Part shown: positions 38,466 to 48,797 of the stretch, piece after piece | How the letters are laid out: every line of letters begins with the position of its first letter | How positions within the stretch are numbered: position 1 is the first letter of the stretch | NCBI GenBank assembly: GCA_964645535.1 | Contig: CAZYCQ010000001.1 | Span: 32,001 to 96,000 of the forward strand | Length of the DNA: 64,000 nt | Reading direction: 5' to 3' | From: an uncultured archaeon | GTDB lineage: Archaea > Asgardarchaeota > Heimdallarchaeia > Heimdallarchaeales > Kariarchaeaceae | The notes under the pieces: generated by a model | Databases searched by the model: none | What the model saw: only the letters and a program-made list of their open reading frames with translations | What the model was told of the DNA's origin: nothing | Position numbers and translations under genes: made by a program

Positions 38466-39425
38466 TCAAACAACTCGTGGAGCTGGAATACGATGGAAGA
38501 TTTCCGTAAGGATCGTTCCAGCATTAACACCACTAATTATATCACCTGATCTCAATATAATTCGGTGTCCCAACACAGGAATAAGGACATCTTGGATGTC
38601 TTGGGGATTGACAAAGTCACGACCGTTAAGCAATGCCCAAGCCTTTGAGGCTTGGATTAAACCCAAGCTTCCTCTAGGGCTGGCACCTACAGCAATTTGT
38701 CCATGATTTCGTGTCTTTTCAACAATGGTGACTGCATATTCGATTATCGGATCACTGACATGAACTTCTTCCACCAATCTCTGTAATGCCAATACATCTT
38801 CTTTAGTAGCTACGGTATCAATATCAACTTCTTCTTTTTTCCTATCCACTCGGTTTCTCACGATTTGCATTTCATCCTTCTTCGATGGATAACCAACACT
38901 TAATTTCATGAGAAACCTATCAAGTTGAGCTTCGGGAAGTGTGAAGGTTCCCTCATATTCCAAGGGGTTTTGGGTTGCCAAAACGATGAAGGGTGGATCC
39001 AATGAATAGGTGTTGCCATCTACAGTCACTGTTCTTTCCTGCATGGATTCCAAAAGAGCAGATTGTGTTTTGGGGGTTGCACGGTTGATTTCATCCGCCA
39101 ACAGTAGATTTGTAAAAACAGGACCTTGCCTGAATTCGAATTGGTTGGAAGACATGTTGAACATGGATATCCCTGAAATATCAGCAGGGAGAAGATCCGG
39201 AGTAAATTGGATTCTAGAGAAATCCAACCCAGTCGCTTGACCAAAGGTCCTGATCATGAGAGTTTTCCCCAAACCAGGTAGATCTTCAAATAGAATATGG
39301 CCGTTAGATAAAATCCCAGCCATAACGTATTTCAAAACCTCATCTTTTCCGATGATGGCTTTTTTGACCTCATTCAGTATTTGATTTATTTTTGTTGATG
39401 CTTGTTCAAAATTCATGATCATCAC
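38466..39425 (-). CDS. moxR: MoxR-family AAA+ ATPase
   Basis: EDLPGLGKT, RIQFTPDLLPADISG, LADEINRATPKTQSALLE and TQNPLEYEGTFTLPEAQLDRF. Confidence 0.96.
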   Translation of the reverse strand: MMIMNFEQASTKINQILNEVKKAIIGKDEVLKYVMAGILSNGHILFEDLPGLGKTLMIRTFGQATGLDFSRIQFTPDLLPADISGISMFNMSSNQFEFRQGPVFTNLLLADEINRATPKTQSALLESMQERTVTVDGNTYSLDPPFIVLATQNPLEYEGTFTLPEAQLDRFLMKLSVGYPSKKDEMQIVRNRVDRKKEEVDIDTVATKEDVLALQRLVEEVHVSDPIIEYAVTIVEKTRNHGQIAVGASPRGSLGLIQASKAWALLNGRDFVNPQDIQDVLIPVLGHRIILRSGDIISGVNAGTILTEIFHRIPAPRVV

Positions 39426-39933
39426 CTATATTTGGATAAATATGCTTAAGTTTCTCTATTAATTTATAAAGCTCGACCTTTACTTTTTCCTCATCTACCT
39501 TACGGAAAAGGAAGGAGCTTGAGGATCCTACTGAGTTCATCCAAAGAGCGGGATTGAAAAAGAATAGACGAATATCTTTGTCAGGAATTATCTTTTTCAT
39601 CTCTTCAGAAGAGCTTCGTATGGCAATAAATTCACTGTCAGACATTCCCAGCATAGCAGCAAGGATTGAGGATAGTTCCCGTCTAATGAGAAATACGTAA
39701 CCTTTGATCTCAGATGACCGCAACATATCAACCAATAGACCCAATTCTTCCAACGGTCGCCCTCGTGGACTGGCATCTGTATTCAAAACTTGGTCATAAG
39801 GAAGCCATTCATCGGTCTCTTGGTTTTGAAGGTAACTCAAAATGAAAAATATCGAAAGGGCAATGGAAAATAGCCATAACCAACCTTGGTTGAATATCAA
39901 ATCCAGAAAGGCAAGTAAATCCTCAGTTGCCAC
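39406..39933 (-). CDS. Single-pass membrane hypothetical protein in the MoxR operon
   Basis: N-terminal TM; overlaps both neighbours. Confidence 0.6.
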   Translation of the reverse strand: MATEDLLAFLDLIFNQGWLWLFSIALSIFFILSYLQNQETDEWLPYDQVLNTDASPRGRPLEELGLLVDMLRSSEIKGYVFLIRRELSSILAAMLGMSDSEFIAIRSSSEEMKKIIPDKDIRLFFFNPALWMNSVGSSSSFLFRKVDEEKVKVELYKLIEKLKHIYPNIGDDHEF

Positions 39934-40825
39934 TCAAAGGCACCTCCTTTTTCAGCAAAGACAAAACTTGATCAGCAGCTTCTCGTGCTTCTTCAACATG
40001 GCTTTCAGTTAATTCATGGGAAGAGAACCGAGCAAGTTCATACAGTTCAGTTAATATTGAGAAATAGTCAGACCCAGGAGAACCAAGCTCATCAACTAAC
40101 TCCCATAAGAACCTTGAAGGAGTATACCATGTTGGAACTCTTCCAATTTTTCCCTCAATCCGGTAACAGGTTGATCGGTAGATCTCAATTATGTCTTTTT
40201 GGAGTTTACTGACTTTTGATTGGTATGGGTCTTCCTCAATGAGTTCAAGATCCGCCTTGTTCTTGACAATAACTGCAAAAAAGAGCAGGTATATGAAAAA
40301 TATGGCCACAATTATAGTCACGAGAATATTGAACCACTCGGTTGCATTGACCAACCAACGAGGAGGAGCTTCAGTCACCGTAACCGTTCTGGTATAGGTG
40401 AAAAAAGACCCATCTGTCACGTTAGTAAATGTTTCTGTGACAACAGAAATGTTGTCATCACTTACGGTTCGACTTGTGGGGAAACGGTTTTGGCTTTCGT
40501 CGAAAAGGAGAGAGGGACGATAGCTAGCCAAAAAAGCCAACACTATGCCTGTGAGGACAATCGGCAAAAAGATTGCATCAAACCGATCAATTTTGAGACC
40601 CATTGATCTTAATGCGAAAATCAGGAAAAGGTACATTGCAATACCGAAGGGAAGCAGGATCTCAACCGTTGGATTGCTCACCAACAGCTCGATCTTACCT
40701 TTGATAAGCAATTCCGAAAGGAGGATATAGAACCCTAAAAGGGAAGCCCCTCCTTTTGCAAGCATTCCACGGTTAAGATCGAGATCTGAAAAACTCATCT
40801 GACAATTGCTCATTCGTTTGGACAA
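39923..40825 (-). CDS. Membrane protein with C-terminal DUF4129-like domain
   Basis: TP..F...LTELYELARFSSHELT pattern; typical MoxR operon member. Confidence 0.75.
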   Translation of the reverse strand: MSKRMSNCQMSFSDLDLNRGMLAKGGASLLGFYILLSELLIKGKIELLVSNPTVEILLPFGIAMYLFLIFALRSMGLKIDRFDAIFLPIVLTGIVLAFLASYRPSLLFDESQNRFPTSRTVSDDNISVVTETFTNVTDGSFFTYTRTVTVTEAPPRWLVNATEWFNILVTIIVAIFFIYLLFFAVIVKNKADLELIEEDPYQSKVSKLQKDIIEIYRSTCYRIEGKIGRVPTWYTPSRFLWELVDELGSPGSDYFSILTELYELARFSSHELTESHVEEAREAADQVLSLLKKEVPLSGN

Positions 40826-40915
40826 TTTTTAATGTTCGCCTTCAACTGAAAGAGGATATGAATTTTTATAGACATTTATACGAGGAATTTAATTGAGAAA
40901 TACCAAATATGCAAT

Positions 40916-42244
40916 ATGCTCAATTTCCGTTTGGGATTAGATGACACAGACAATCCAGAGGGAGGATGCACAACCTATACCTTGACAAAAATAATTGATG
41001 CATTATCAAAAAAAGATCCAAAATTTACACTATTGGATTTCCCAAAATTGATACGATTGAATCCGAATGTCCCATATAAAACGAGAGGAAATGGAGCATT
41101 GGCGTTGCATGGACAAACCAACCTTTCTTTGAAAGAAGTGGAGAAAATTGTCCAACAGATCATAGAAAAGGATACTAGTACATGGCAAAAAGATAGTCGC
41201 ACTGAGCCAAGCTATATTCTGATAGATGAAAAGGATGTTATTGAGAATTCTGAATTTTATTGGTCAGCACTCAGATCTCTTAAACATCCTGATGAAATAA
41301 CCTCATTGCTGAAAAATTCCAAACATTGGTCGAGAAACGACAATCGAAGCTTAGTAGGAAGTTATGCAGCAATTATTGCAGACCTATCGGAAGATTTCAC
41401 TTATGAACTAATTGCTTACAGAAAACCAGAAAATTATGGAAGGAAGAGAGAATTCAATGAAAAATCATTGAAATCACAAATAATGGAAAACAGGGATATG
41501 TTGTTCTCAAACTATGACTTTATTGAAGATAGGGAATTGATTGCCCCTAGTGGACCAGATCCAGTATTTTGTGGAATTAGGGGAGAAGATCCAAGAATAT
41601 TGGTTCAGGTTTTCAAAAACCTCGACATTGCGGAATCATTGGAAGGGTATACGATCTTCAAAACCAATCAGGGAACCGGACATCATTTGAAGAGGCCACA
41701 TCATTCATTTCTTCCCAATTCAGTTCATACGGGAACCTATAGGTTAAGAGAGAACCCAATGATTTTGAAAGGAGGACATGTTAAACTTAAGTGCAGAGAT
41801 GTTTACAAGGCAAGATCTGTAGATCTAATGGTTTTTGAGCCTACCAAGACAATAGTGAAAACTGCTCAAAAGTTGAGGAAAGATGACATCATTCACATTC
41901 TTGGAGGGGTGAAACAAAATGACTTTGGAATTTCAATAGCTGTTGAAGAATTGTTTGTCATTCACCTTGCAGAGCAGATTAAAATCGAACCACCGATTTG
42001 CATTAATTGTAACAAAAGAATGACAAGTGCAGGCAGGTTCAAGGGATACAAATGCAGGAATTGCGGATACAAAATGATGGCAGGCATTCCCAAAAAACAG
42101 AAACGACCAAAAATCACAGCATTTTCCAGATTGCTTCCTGTAGCTTCAGCACAAAGACATCTTACAAAACCATATGAAAGGTACGGAAGAAAACCAGTCA
42201 CCATATCCCCCCATCATTTGAAGGATGTAAGAGTAATATTTTGA
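40916..42244 (+). CDS. tiaS: tRNA(Ile2) 2-agmatinylcytidine synthetase
   Basis: GLDDTDNPEGGCTTY, LIRLNPNVPYKTRGNGA, PDPVFCGIRG, TNQGT, Zn ribbon C..C...SAG..KGYKC..C and RHLTKP. Confidence 0.96.
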   Translation: MLNFRLGLDDTDNPEGGCTTYTLTKIIDALSKKDPKFTLLDFPKLIRLNPNVPYKTRGNGALALHGQTNLSLKEVEKIVQQIIEKDTSTWQKDSRTEPSYILIDEKDVIENSEFYWSALRSLKHPDEITSLLKNSKHWSRNDNRSLVGSYAAIIADLSEDFTYELIAYRKPENYGRKREFNEKSLKSQIMENRDMLFSNYDFIEDRELIAPSGPDPVFCGIRGEDPRILVQVFKNLDIAESLEGYTIFKTNQGTGHHLKRPHHSFLPNSVHTGTYRLRENPMILKGGHVKLKCRDVYKARSVDLMVFEPTKTIVKTAQKLRKDDIIHILGGVKQNDFGISIAVEELFVIHLAEQIKIEPPICINCNKRMTSAGRFKGYKCRNCGYKMMAGIPKKQKRPKITAFSRLLPVASAQRHLTKPYERYGRKPVTISPHHLKDVRVIF

Positions 42245-42285
42245 AGAGATAACTGCCAAAGCCTTTCCCGAAATGATATAAACTC

Positions 42286-43683
42286 ATGAAAAATACAGCC
42301 TCAGGGATGAACGAGAACTTTGACTATGATGTAATCGTGGTTGGTGGAGGTCCAGGTGGAGCTATTGCGGCATTCACCCTTGCAAAAGCAGGTTACAATG
42401 TTTGTATTTTGGATAAGAAAAAAAGAGAAAGAATCGGGGATAAAACCTGTGGAGACGCCCTTGACAAGGCAACAGTGGATTTGTTGAAAAAGGAAATCGG
42501 AATTGATGAGCCTCAAGGGGATGAAGTTTCAGACATCATTAGCAAAATGAGCATTGCTGCTAACAATATTGAAACAAAAGCAACCTTGACAGCCCCAGGT
42601 TACGTTGTCGACAGATTGAATTACGGTCAGAGACTATTGAAGGATTGTGAAGAAGCAGGAGTAACGGTTATATCACAGGCACCGGTTAGGGACATCATTA
42701 TAGAAAATGAGTTTTTGAAAGGGGTAAAGTTCTATCATGAGGGAGAAACAAAGGAATTGAGAGCTAAATTCACAATCGATGCTTCCGGATCATATGCTGC
42801 AATAAGATCTAGGCTACCTGAAAGTATGAGGTTTGGAAACATAATTGAAAAAGATTTGAAACCCTCTATGGTATGGCCAACATATAGGGAAATAATAGAA
42901 CTCAATGAGGAGAAAACACCCCATCCTTGGTTAGGGGAAATAATACTCCTTTATGAGCGAGAAATTCCAATACCAGGGTACTTCTGGATTTTTTCAAAAG
43001 GACCAAACCGGCTCAATGTTGGTTTGGGTTGGCTCAAAACTGAGAAAAATCAACCACCACTGAAAAAGGCATTGAGAAAAGAATTAGAAAAGTACTACAA
43101 GGAAGAAGATTATCGGGTCATCCGATCAGGAGGAGGTCAGATCCCAATCAGACCTCCTTTTGACACTCTTGTTTTTGATGGAGGAGCTTTAGTTGGAGAT
43201 GCAGGATGTTTGGTGCATCCAACTACAGCAGAAGGTCATGGTCCTGCCTTGGAAAGTGGTTTTTATTGCGCAAAAGCCATGATAAAGGCGCTTGAGAAAG
43301 AGGATTATTCACACAAAGCAATCTGGCAATATAATTTGGACATCATGCATCATTTGGGAGAAAAACATGCTAACGCCCTTTTAATCAGGGAGTTTCTAGA
43401 AAAGGTCGGAGCTGATAGTCTGGAATTCCTTTTGAAAAAGAGGTTTCTTACCAATGATGATTTGGACAAACTAGTTAGAGGACAAGCCGTTCAGCTGTCA
43501 TTGGGGGAGAAAATCAAAAGATTGTTGAGAATTTTTCCGATTTGGAGCCCTGTTTTTCACCTTGTTAAATTACTTAGAAAGTCTGAAGAGGTCAGAAAAC
43601 ATTATCTCGCATATCCAAAGGAGCCAGATCATTTGGAGGAATGGAGGAAGATGCGCAATTCAATTACAGGATGGGGCTTTTAG
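42286..43683 (+). CDS. Geranylgeranyl reductase-family FAD oxidoreductase
   Basis: GGGPGG, KTCGDA, GYFWIFSKG, LVGDAG and HPTTAEG. Confidence 0.88.
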   Translation: MKNTASGMNENFDYDVIVVGGGPGGAIAAFTLAKAGYNVCILDKKKRERIGDKTCGDALDKATVDLLKKEIGIDEPQGDEVSDIISKMSIAANNIETKATLTAPGYVVDRLNYGQRLLKDCEEAGVTVISQAPVRDIIIENEFLKGVKFYHEGETKELRAKFTIDASGSYAAIRSRLPESMRFGNIIEKDLKPSMVWPTYREIIELNEEKTPHPWLGEIILLYEREIPIPGYFWIFSKGPNRLNVGLGWLKTEKNQPPLKKALRKELEKYYKEEDYRVIRSGGGQIPIRPPFDTLVFDGGALVGDAGCLVHPTTAEGHGPALESGFYCAKAMIKALEKEDYSHKAIWQYNLDIMHHLGEKHANALLIREFLEKVGADSLEFLLKKRFLTNDDLDKLVRGQAVQLSLGEKIKRLLRIFPIWSPVFHLVKLLRKSEEVRKHYLAYPKEPDHLEEWRKMRNSITGWGF

Positions 43684-43752
43684 GTTAGACAGAAGGGGCA
43701 ATGAAAGAAATAATAAATAATCAATATCAAATGGGAATTAAAGGAAGAGACC

Positions 43753-44586
43753 ATGACCAACAACGTCCGCAAATTTCCATTGGTTATTCTTGCAGGTGCA
43801 GAAAAGGAAGATTCTGTCAACTATAAGAAAGATAAATTATTAGAATATGCCAACGTTGACTATAAAGCCTTAATCGAGTTGAATGGGAAACCAATGATTC
43901 TCTATGTGATCAAAGCATTTGTGGAAAGTGGAAGAGTTTCAGAAATATTGATTGTCGGACTTCCAAAGGAGAGATTGACAATCCCCGATTCTCTTAAGAA
44001 AGTACCCATACACTTCATTGAAACAGATGCCCCACATGCAGAAAAATTGATCATTGCCAGTGAATTTCTGATGAAGCAAAATCTTGATACCGACTATGCA
44101 ATGTACATCGGAGGAGACGTCCCAACAATCACTCCTGAAGCCATTAATGATTTTTTGGACAAGTGCAAGGATTTGGACGCAGATTTCTTTTTCTCAATAA
44201 TCCGAGAAGAGACCATGAACAAGATGTTCCCTGAAAACCGAAGAACCTATGCTAGAATGAAGGAAGGCAGGTTTTGCGGAGGAGACCTCCAATTGGTCAG
44301 GTATACACTTGCTCCAGAACGGAAGGAGATAATTGAAAAAATCTTGAATAATAGAAAGAGCGTAATCAAACAAGCATTTTTCATCTCACCTTTAACATTC
44401 TTCAGATTCATCTTGCATAGAGTCAGTATAGAAGAAGCTGAGAAGTTGATCTCAAAGGTTATCAAAGCAAAAATGAAAGGGGTCATCTCATCCTACGCTG
44501 ATCTTGGCTTTGATGTGGATAAACCCAACCAATTGGAACTTGTGAGAAATCTCTTACAAGAGGGAAAGATCAAGTTGAGTTTATGA
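43753..44586 (+). CDS. MobA/NTP-transferase-family nucleotidyltransferase
   Basis: VILAG, KALIELNGKPMI, GDVP and GFDVDKP. Confidence 0.75.
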   Translation: MTNNVRKFPLVILAGAEKEDSVNYKKDKLLEYANVDYKALIELNGKPMILYVIKAFVESGRVSEILIVGLPKERLTIPDSLKKVPIHFIETDAPHAEKLIIASEFLMKQNLDTDYAMYIGGDVPTITPEAINDFLDKCKDLDADFFFSIIREETMNKMFPENRRTYARMKEGRFCGGDLQLVRYTLAPERKEIIEKILNNRKSVIKQAFFISPLTFFRFILHRVSIEEAEKLISKVIKAKMKGVISSYADLGFDVDKPNQLELVRNLLQEGKIKLSL

Positions 44587-45095
44587 TGCTTGCTCGAATA
44601 TTGGATTTTGACCAATCGGTTTCTTCATCGATTGCCGCCACATTTCGGTCAATTTCAGGGGTATTGCGGTATGTGAAATATACAGCCAATCAATCCAGTT
44701 ATTGGATGGTAATTATTTTCCTTTGGTTTTTTGCCAAGATGAAAATAATGGCAATTCTTTATCTGACGGTGACAATTATTGCAGTTACAGTAATTCTGAT
44801 GCCGCTGAAACTTAACATTAGGAGAAAACGACCAAGGGACAAGATTCAAAATTCACATATTTTCGATGCATATTCTTTTCCTTCAGGACATGCAACAAGA
44901 GTTGGTTTGATTGCTACATTTTCAATTCTCTACGGAACAGAACCTCTCATATCATCAATACTGTTAATTTGGGCAGTCTTGATAAGTCTAGAACGAATTG
45001 TTTCTGAGGAACACTATTTTTTGGACGTGCTTACAGGGATCTTATTGGGAACAATGTCAGGGGTTCTCTCCAATCACCTGTTGATCGGATTTTGA
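44583..45095 (+). CDS. PAP2-family lipid phosphatase
   Basis: K..IRRKRP, SFPSGH and ERIVSEEHYFLDV. Confidence 0.88.
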   Translation: MMLARILDFDQSVSSSIAATFRSISGVLRYVKYTANQSSYWMVIIFLWFFAKMKIMAILYLTVTIIAVTVILMPLKLNIRRKRPRDKIQNSHIFDAYSFPSGHATRVGLIATFSILYGTEPLISSILLIWAVLISLERIVSEEHYFLDVLTGILLGTMSGVLSNHLLIGF

Positions 45096-45103
45096 GGAAA
45101 TCC

Positions 45104-45760
45104 TTAGTGTGATTTGTATCTGACCCTTTCATCAATCTTTCGCATACGTTTCAAAATCCTGTGCCCATCCCTTGCAATCTCCAGATATTGGCCAATAAAG
45201 TTGTCCCATGCAGGTGCCCAAACAGTCGGGTGTGTACTTTGAAGGGTTCGGAGCAAAACATTGATGTCAACTGCTTTCTCCTCAATATGACTCGAGAAAA
45301 GCGCCAAACCAAAATCAATCAGGAAGGTCTTTTCTGTCCTGTTTTCAATAACAACATTGGAAGTAGTCAAATCCCCATGAACAATATTCAGATTGTGCAG
45401 TAGAGCCACTTGTCTCCCAAGATCGGACAAGAAATCAATGCCATGCGGAGTTTCAATGATTTCTTTCAAAAGGGTACCATCTATTTTTTGTATGACAACC
45501 GAAGTTTCTTCCTTATCAATGAAAAAGACAAAAGGGACATTAAGTCCATTCTGTTTGGCTTGAACCAGAACCTTTACCTCTCGAATCAATCTAGCATTCC
45601 GAATTGTTTTATCAAGATGGGGGTGACGATATTTCTTGGGGATACGTTGTTTGATGACGATTTTCCGACCCAAATACTCTCCAGAAAAAATCAATGCCTC
45701 AGCATTCTTTGAAATCAACCTTTCTTTTTTTGGTTTTAACTCATTAAGAGAGTATTTCAC
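45104..45760 (-). CDS. bud32: KEOPS complex kinase/ATPase Bud32
   Basis: AEA, KQRIPKKYRHPHLD, VHGDLTTSN, IDFGL and EKAVD. Confidence 0.93.
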   Translation of the reverse strand: MKYSLNELKPKKERLISKNAEALIFSGEYLGRKIVIKQRIPKKYRHPHLDKTIRNARLIREVKVLVQAKQNGLNVPFVFFIDKEETSVVIQKIDGTLLKEIIETPHGIDFLSDLGRQVALLHNLNIVHGDLTTSNVVIENRTEKTFLIDFGLALFSSHIEEKAVDINVLLRTLQSTHPTVWAPAWDNFIGQYLEIARDGHRILKRMRKIDERVRYKSH

Positions 45761-45921
45761 AGTATTTCAGGACAGTTGCATTTTAAAGAGATGTCGTTAG
45801 GGACATCTAACCTTAATTGATCATTTATTTTGTGCATATGATCATTCATTTTAACTTAATAATGAAAATTCACCAAATGTTTATACAAAATTTAAAAATT
45901 CAATTCAGATGGAGATAGGTA

Positions 45922-46401
45922 ATGACAGGGCTTGATGAGCTCGATAAGCGTCTGATTTATGAATTAAGAATAGATAGTAGAAAAAGCGTGCGTGAACTCG
46001 CAAAATCATTGGCAGAATCGCCAAGCACCATTTATAACAGACGAAAAAGGCTAGAGGACAAAAATATCATAACCCGTTTTTCGGTGAATTTAGATTTCAG
46101 TCAGATTAATCTAGGAAAATCAGTTTATTTTCTTGTGAAGGTTCGATGGGATGACGAAACATCAGCCCATTCAGTGGCAGAAGAATTGAAGAACAAAAAT
46201 TTCGTCTATCAAATATCGTTGATATCTGGACGGTTTGACATCCTATTGAAGGTGAGACTGCCCTCTGTTGATGAAGTGTCGAATTTTGTTTGGAATGAAC
46301 TCAGGAAAATTCCTGGTGTTGAAGAAATTGAACAATTGCAGGTTTTTGAGGAAGTTTTGAAAGAAGAAGATATCTTGGATCCGTTTCAGCATGAAGATTG
46401 A
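45922..46401 (+). CDS. Lrp/AsnC-family transcription regulator
   Basis: LDELDKRLI...DSRKSVRELA...STIYNR and ISGRFDILLKV. Confidence 0.92.
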   Translation: MTGLDELDKRLIYELRIDSRKSVRELAKSLAESPSTIYNRRKRLEDKNIITRFSVNLDFSQINLGKSVYFLVKVRWDDETSAHSVAEELKNKNFVYQISLISGRFDILLKVRLPSVDEVSNFVWNELRKIPGVEEIEQLQVFEEVLKEEDILDPFQHED

Positions 46402-46466
46402 AAATTGATGCCAATTGGAATTTTATCTTAGCCAATATTTTTAATCATAGACTTCTTGGTTTACAT

Positions 46467-46799
46467 ATGGCTGGAAACATTGTCCAAATGGACGATTCGA
46501 ATTATAAGGAGATATTGAAATCCCATCCATTGGTAATTGTGGATACTTGGGCGGAATGGTGCGCCCCATGCAAGGCAATTGCACCTGTTTTTGAAAGATT
46601 GGCCGCACAATATTCAGACAGACTTACATTTGCAAAAGTAAACACCGATGAGAATCTTGATTTTGCAAGATCGTTCAAGGTACTTTCAATTCCTACCTTC
46701 CTCGTTTTCAAGAATGGAGAACTGGTTAACAAATGGTCTGGTGCTAAACCCGAAAAACTTACCAAGGAAGTCAAGAAACTAGCAGAAGACGATAAATAA
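46467..46799 (+). CDS. trxA: Thioredoxin
   Basis: WAEWCAPCK and SIPT; start at MAGNIV. Confidence 0.93.
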   Translation: MAGNIVQMDDSNYKEILKSHPLVIVDTWAEWCAPCKAIAPVFERLAAQYSDRLTFAKVNTDENLDFARSFKVLSIPTFLVFKNGELVNKWSGAKPEKLTKEVKKLAEDDK

Positions 46800-46877
46800 G
46801 TAAAATTTCACAAAAAAAATCAACTTTTTTATCACTTCCAGAATTTTTACACACGAGTGCTTAAATAGTGACAATTG

Positions 46878-46934
46878 CATATATAAACATAACACCAGAG
46901 AAAAAGTACCACCAACGGTGGTACATTTGGGTGA
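46878..46934 (+). promoter_or_regulatory. TATA box, perfect 8-bp inverted repeat and SD upstream of tfb
   Basis: ATATATAAA near 46879-46887; GTACCACC-AAC-GGTGGTAC at 46906-46924; GGGTGA just before ATG 46940. Confidence 0.5.
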
Positions 46935-46939
46935 TTATC

Positions 46940-47911
46940 ATGAAGGAAACATGTTCTGATTGTGGCAGCACAAAAATCATTGAACGCTATCGTGAGGGAA
47001 CTCTTGTATGCGGTGACTGTGGACTTGTAATTGATCGTATAATCGACACAAGTTCAGAAATAAGAAGTTCCATCAGTTCTACAGGAACCGTGATTGAAAG
47101 GACAGGCAGCCCCATTTCTAACCTGCGACCGGATCTTGGGTTCTCAACTGAGATTGGAAATCAATCAAGGGATGCCTATGGATCCAAATTGACCGTATTG
47201 ACCAGAGAGAGAATGAGAAGACTCAGGTGGTTGAACTCACGGACATCGAAATCTGAGATTAGAAATTTGAGAGTGGCACTGAGAGAGCTCAAACGTCTGG
47301 CTTCTGCACTTCAAATTTCTCAGGACACTGCATCAACTGCATCGATGTATTACAGGAAAGCACTTAAGGCAAAGTTAATTCGTGGACGCTCAATTAATTC
47401 AATGATAGCGGCAGCCGTCTATTTAGCCGCACGAAAGCACAATTTCGCAATTGTCATCAAGGATTTGGAAGAGGTAAGCACTGTCCCCAAGAAAATCATT
47501 GCTCGATGCATGCGGGTCTATATGCAGGAATTGAACATCAAACCAGAACCAACCAATCCTGAGATGATGGTGTCTCGATTGGCAAGTAAGTTGGACATTA
47601 CCCCAGCAACTCAGAAAGAAGCAATCAAGATCCTCAGACAAACAAGGAACAAAAGATTGGATATGGGCAAATCACCTATGTCAATTGCTGCTGCCGCGAT
47701 TTACTTGGCTTGCCTTCGAACTGGTGAACGAAGAACACAGCAGATGGTGGCACAGGCCGCAATGACAACACCAGTAACCTTGAGAAACCGTTATCGAGAA
47801 ATTTCAGAAGCATTGACCATTAATGTCGAAGTGAAAAGAGGAGCCGCTGCAACACCAGTATATTTCAAATCACCATACAAGAAAGAAAAATCAATTTCAA
47901 AGAAAGATTAA
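46940..47911 (+). CDS. tfb: Transcription initiation factor IIB
   Basis: Zn ribbon CSDC...CGDCGLV and two cyclin repeats (LIRGRSI, GKSP..IAAAAIY, RTQ..VA). Confidence 0.95.
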   Translation: MKETCSDCGSTKIIERYREGTLVCGDCGLVIDRIIDTSSEIRSSISSTGTVIERTGSPISNLRPDLGFSTEIGNQSRDAYGSKLTVLTRERMRRLRWLNSRTSKSEIRNLRVALRELKRLASALQISQDTASTASMYYRKALKAKLIRGRSINSMIAAAVYLAARKHNFAIVIKDLEEVSTVPKKIIARCMRVYMQELNIKPEPTNPEMMVSRLASKLDITPATQKEAIKILRQTRNKRLDMGKSPMSIAAAAIYLACLRTGERRTQQMVAQAAMTTPVTLRNRYREISEALTINVEVKRGAAATPVYFKSPYKKEKSISKKD

Positions 47912-47997
47912 GCATATCGGAACAGTTCCTTCACGCTGTCAACAACGAATTACCTTTATATTCGAATATCTTGGATGGGAATGTAAGAGGATTTACC

Positions 47998-48795
47998 ATG
48001 GATGTATTTGCAATTGCAACACAAAAACCAATTACCTGCAAGCCCACAGAAATATTGGGAAATGCAGTCGTCACGATGTCGTCCAAAAAGTTCAGAAGGT
48101 TACCCGTCGTTGTTGATGAACAACTTGTCGGGATTTTGACTGCCAATGATGTGTTGAATGCACTTAAAAATGAAGGATTGGAATGTCTCAAGAATCCAGT
48201 TAAGCAGTATATGGTGCTGGATCCCATCGCAGTAACCAAGGAAACACCCTTGGGTGAAGCAACTACAATAATGTTTGAACATGGCTTTGGTGGTCTCCCC
48301 ATTGTTTCTGATTATGAAACCTACATTTTGGTAGGCATCATTACTGAGCGAGATCTTGTTAAAGAGTTTGTACACAAGATAGTAGATGCCAACCTTTCTG
48401 ATTTTGTTGCAGAACCAATAACTGTTAACTTTTCGAGGTCAAAGTTACGAAAGGTAATTGAAAAGATGACTGAAGAAAGAACAAGTAGGGTAATTCTAAC
48501 AGGATCAAAAAATTCACTCAAGGGAATAATTTCCTCTTCTGACATTCTTAAGTTAGTTGCAGACAAATACATCCGGGAACAGCTCGAGGAGGATATTCTT
48601 AACTTACCCGCCAAGGAATTGGCTGCGACAAAATTAGTCACGGCTAATATCAATTGGTCTGTCAAAGAGGTCGCAGATCTATTGACAAAATATAATTTTG
48701 GAGGAGTACCAGTAGTTGATGATAATGGCAATCTTGTCGGGATTTTTTCCGAAAGAGACCTCCTTCAAATAATTGGATTGTATGGGTTGTTTTAG
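47998..48795 (+). CDS. Four-CBS-domain protein
   Basis: Repeated LPVV...LVGILT..D, GIITERD, GIISSSD and GIFSERD. Confidence 0.9.
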   Translation: MDVFAIATQKPITCKPTEILGNAVVTMSSKKFRRLPVVVDEQLVGILTANDVLNALKNEGLECLKNPVKQYMVLDPIAVTKETPLGEATTIMFEHGFGGLPIVSDYETYILVGIITERDLVKEFVHKIVDANLSDFVAEPITVNFSRSKLRKVIEKMTEERTSRVILTGSKNSLKGIISSSDILKLVADKYIREQLEEDILNLPAKELAATKLVTANINWSVKEVADLLTKYNFGGVPVVDDNGNLVGIFSERDLLQIIGLYGLF

Positions 48796-48797
48796 AG

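Noticed and set aside
36501-40825. MoxR-DUF58-DUF4129 operon as a novel system
   Set aside because: This is a widespread, already described gene arrangement in archaea and bacteria.
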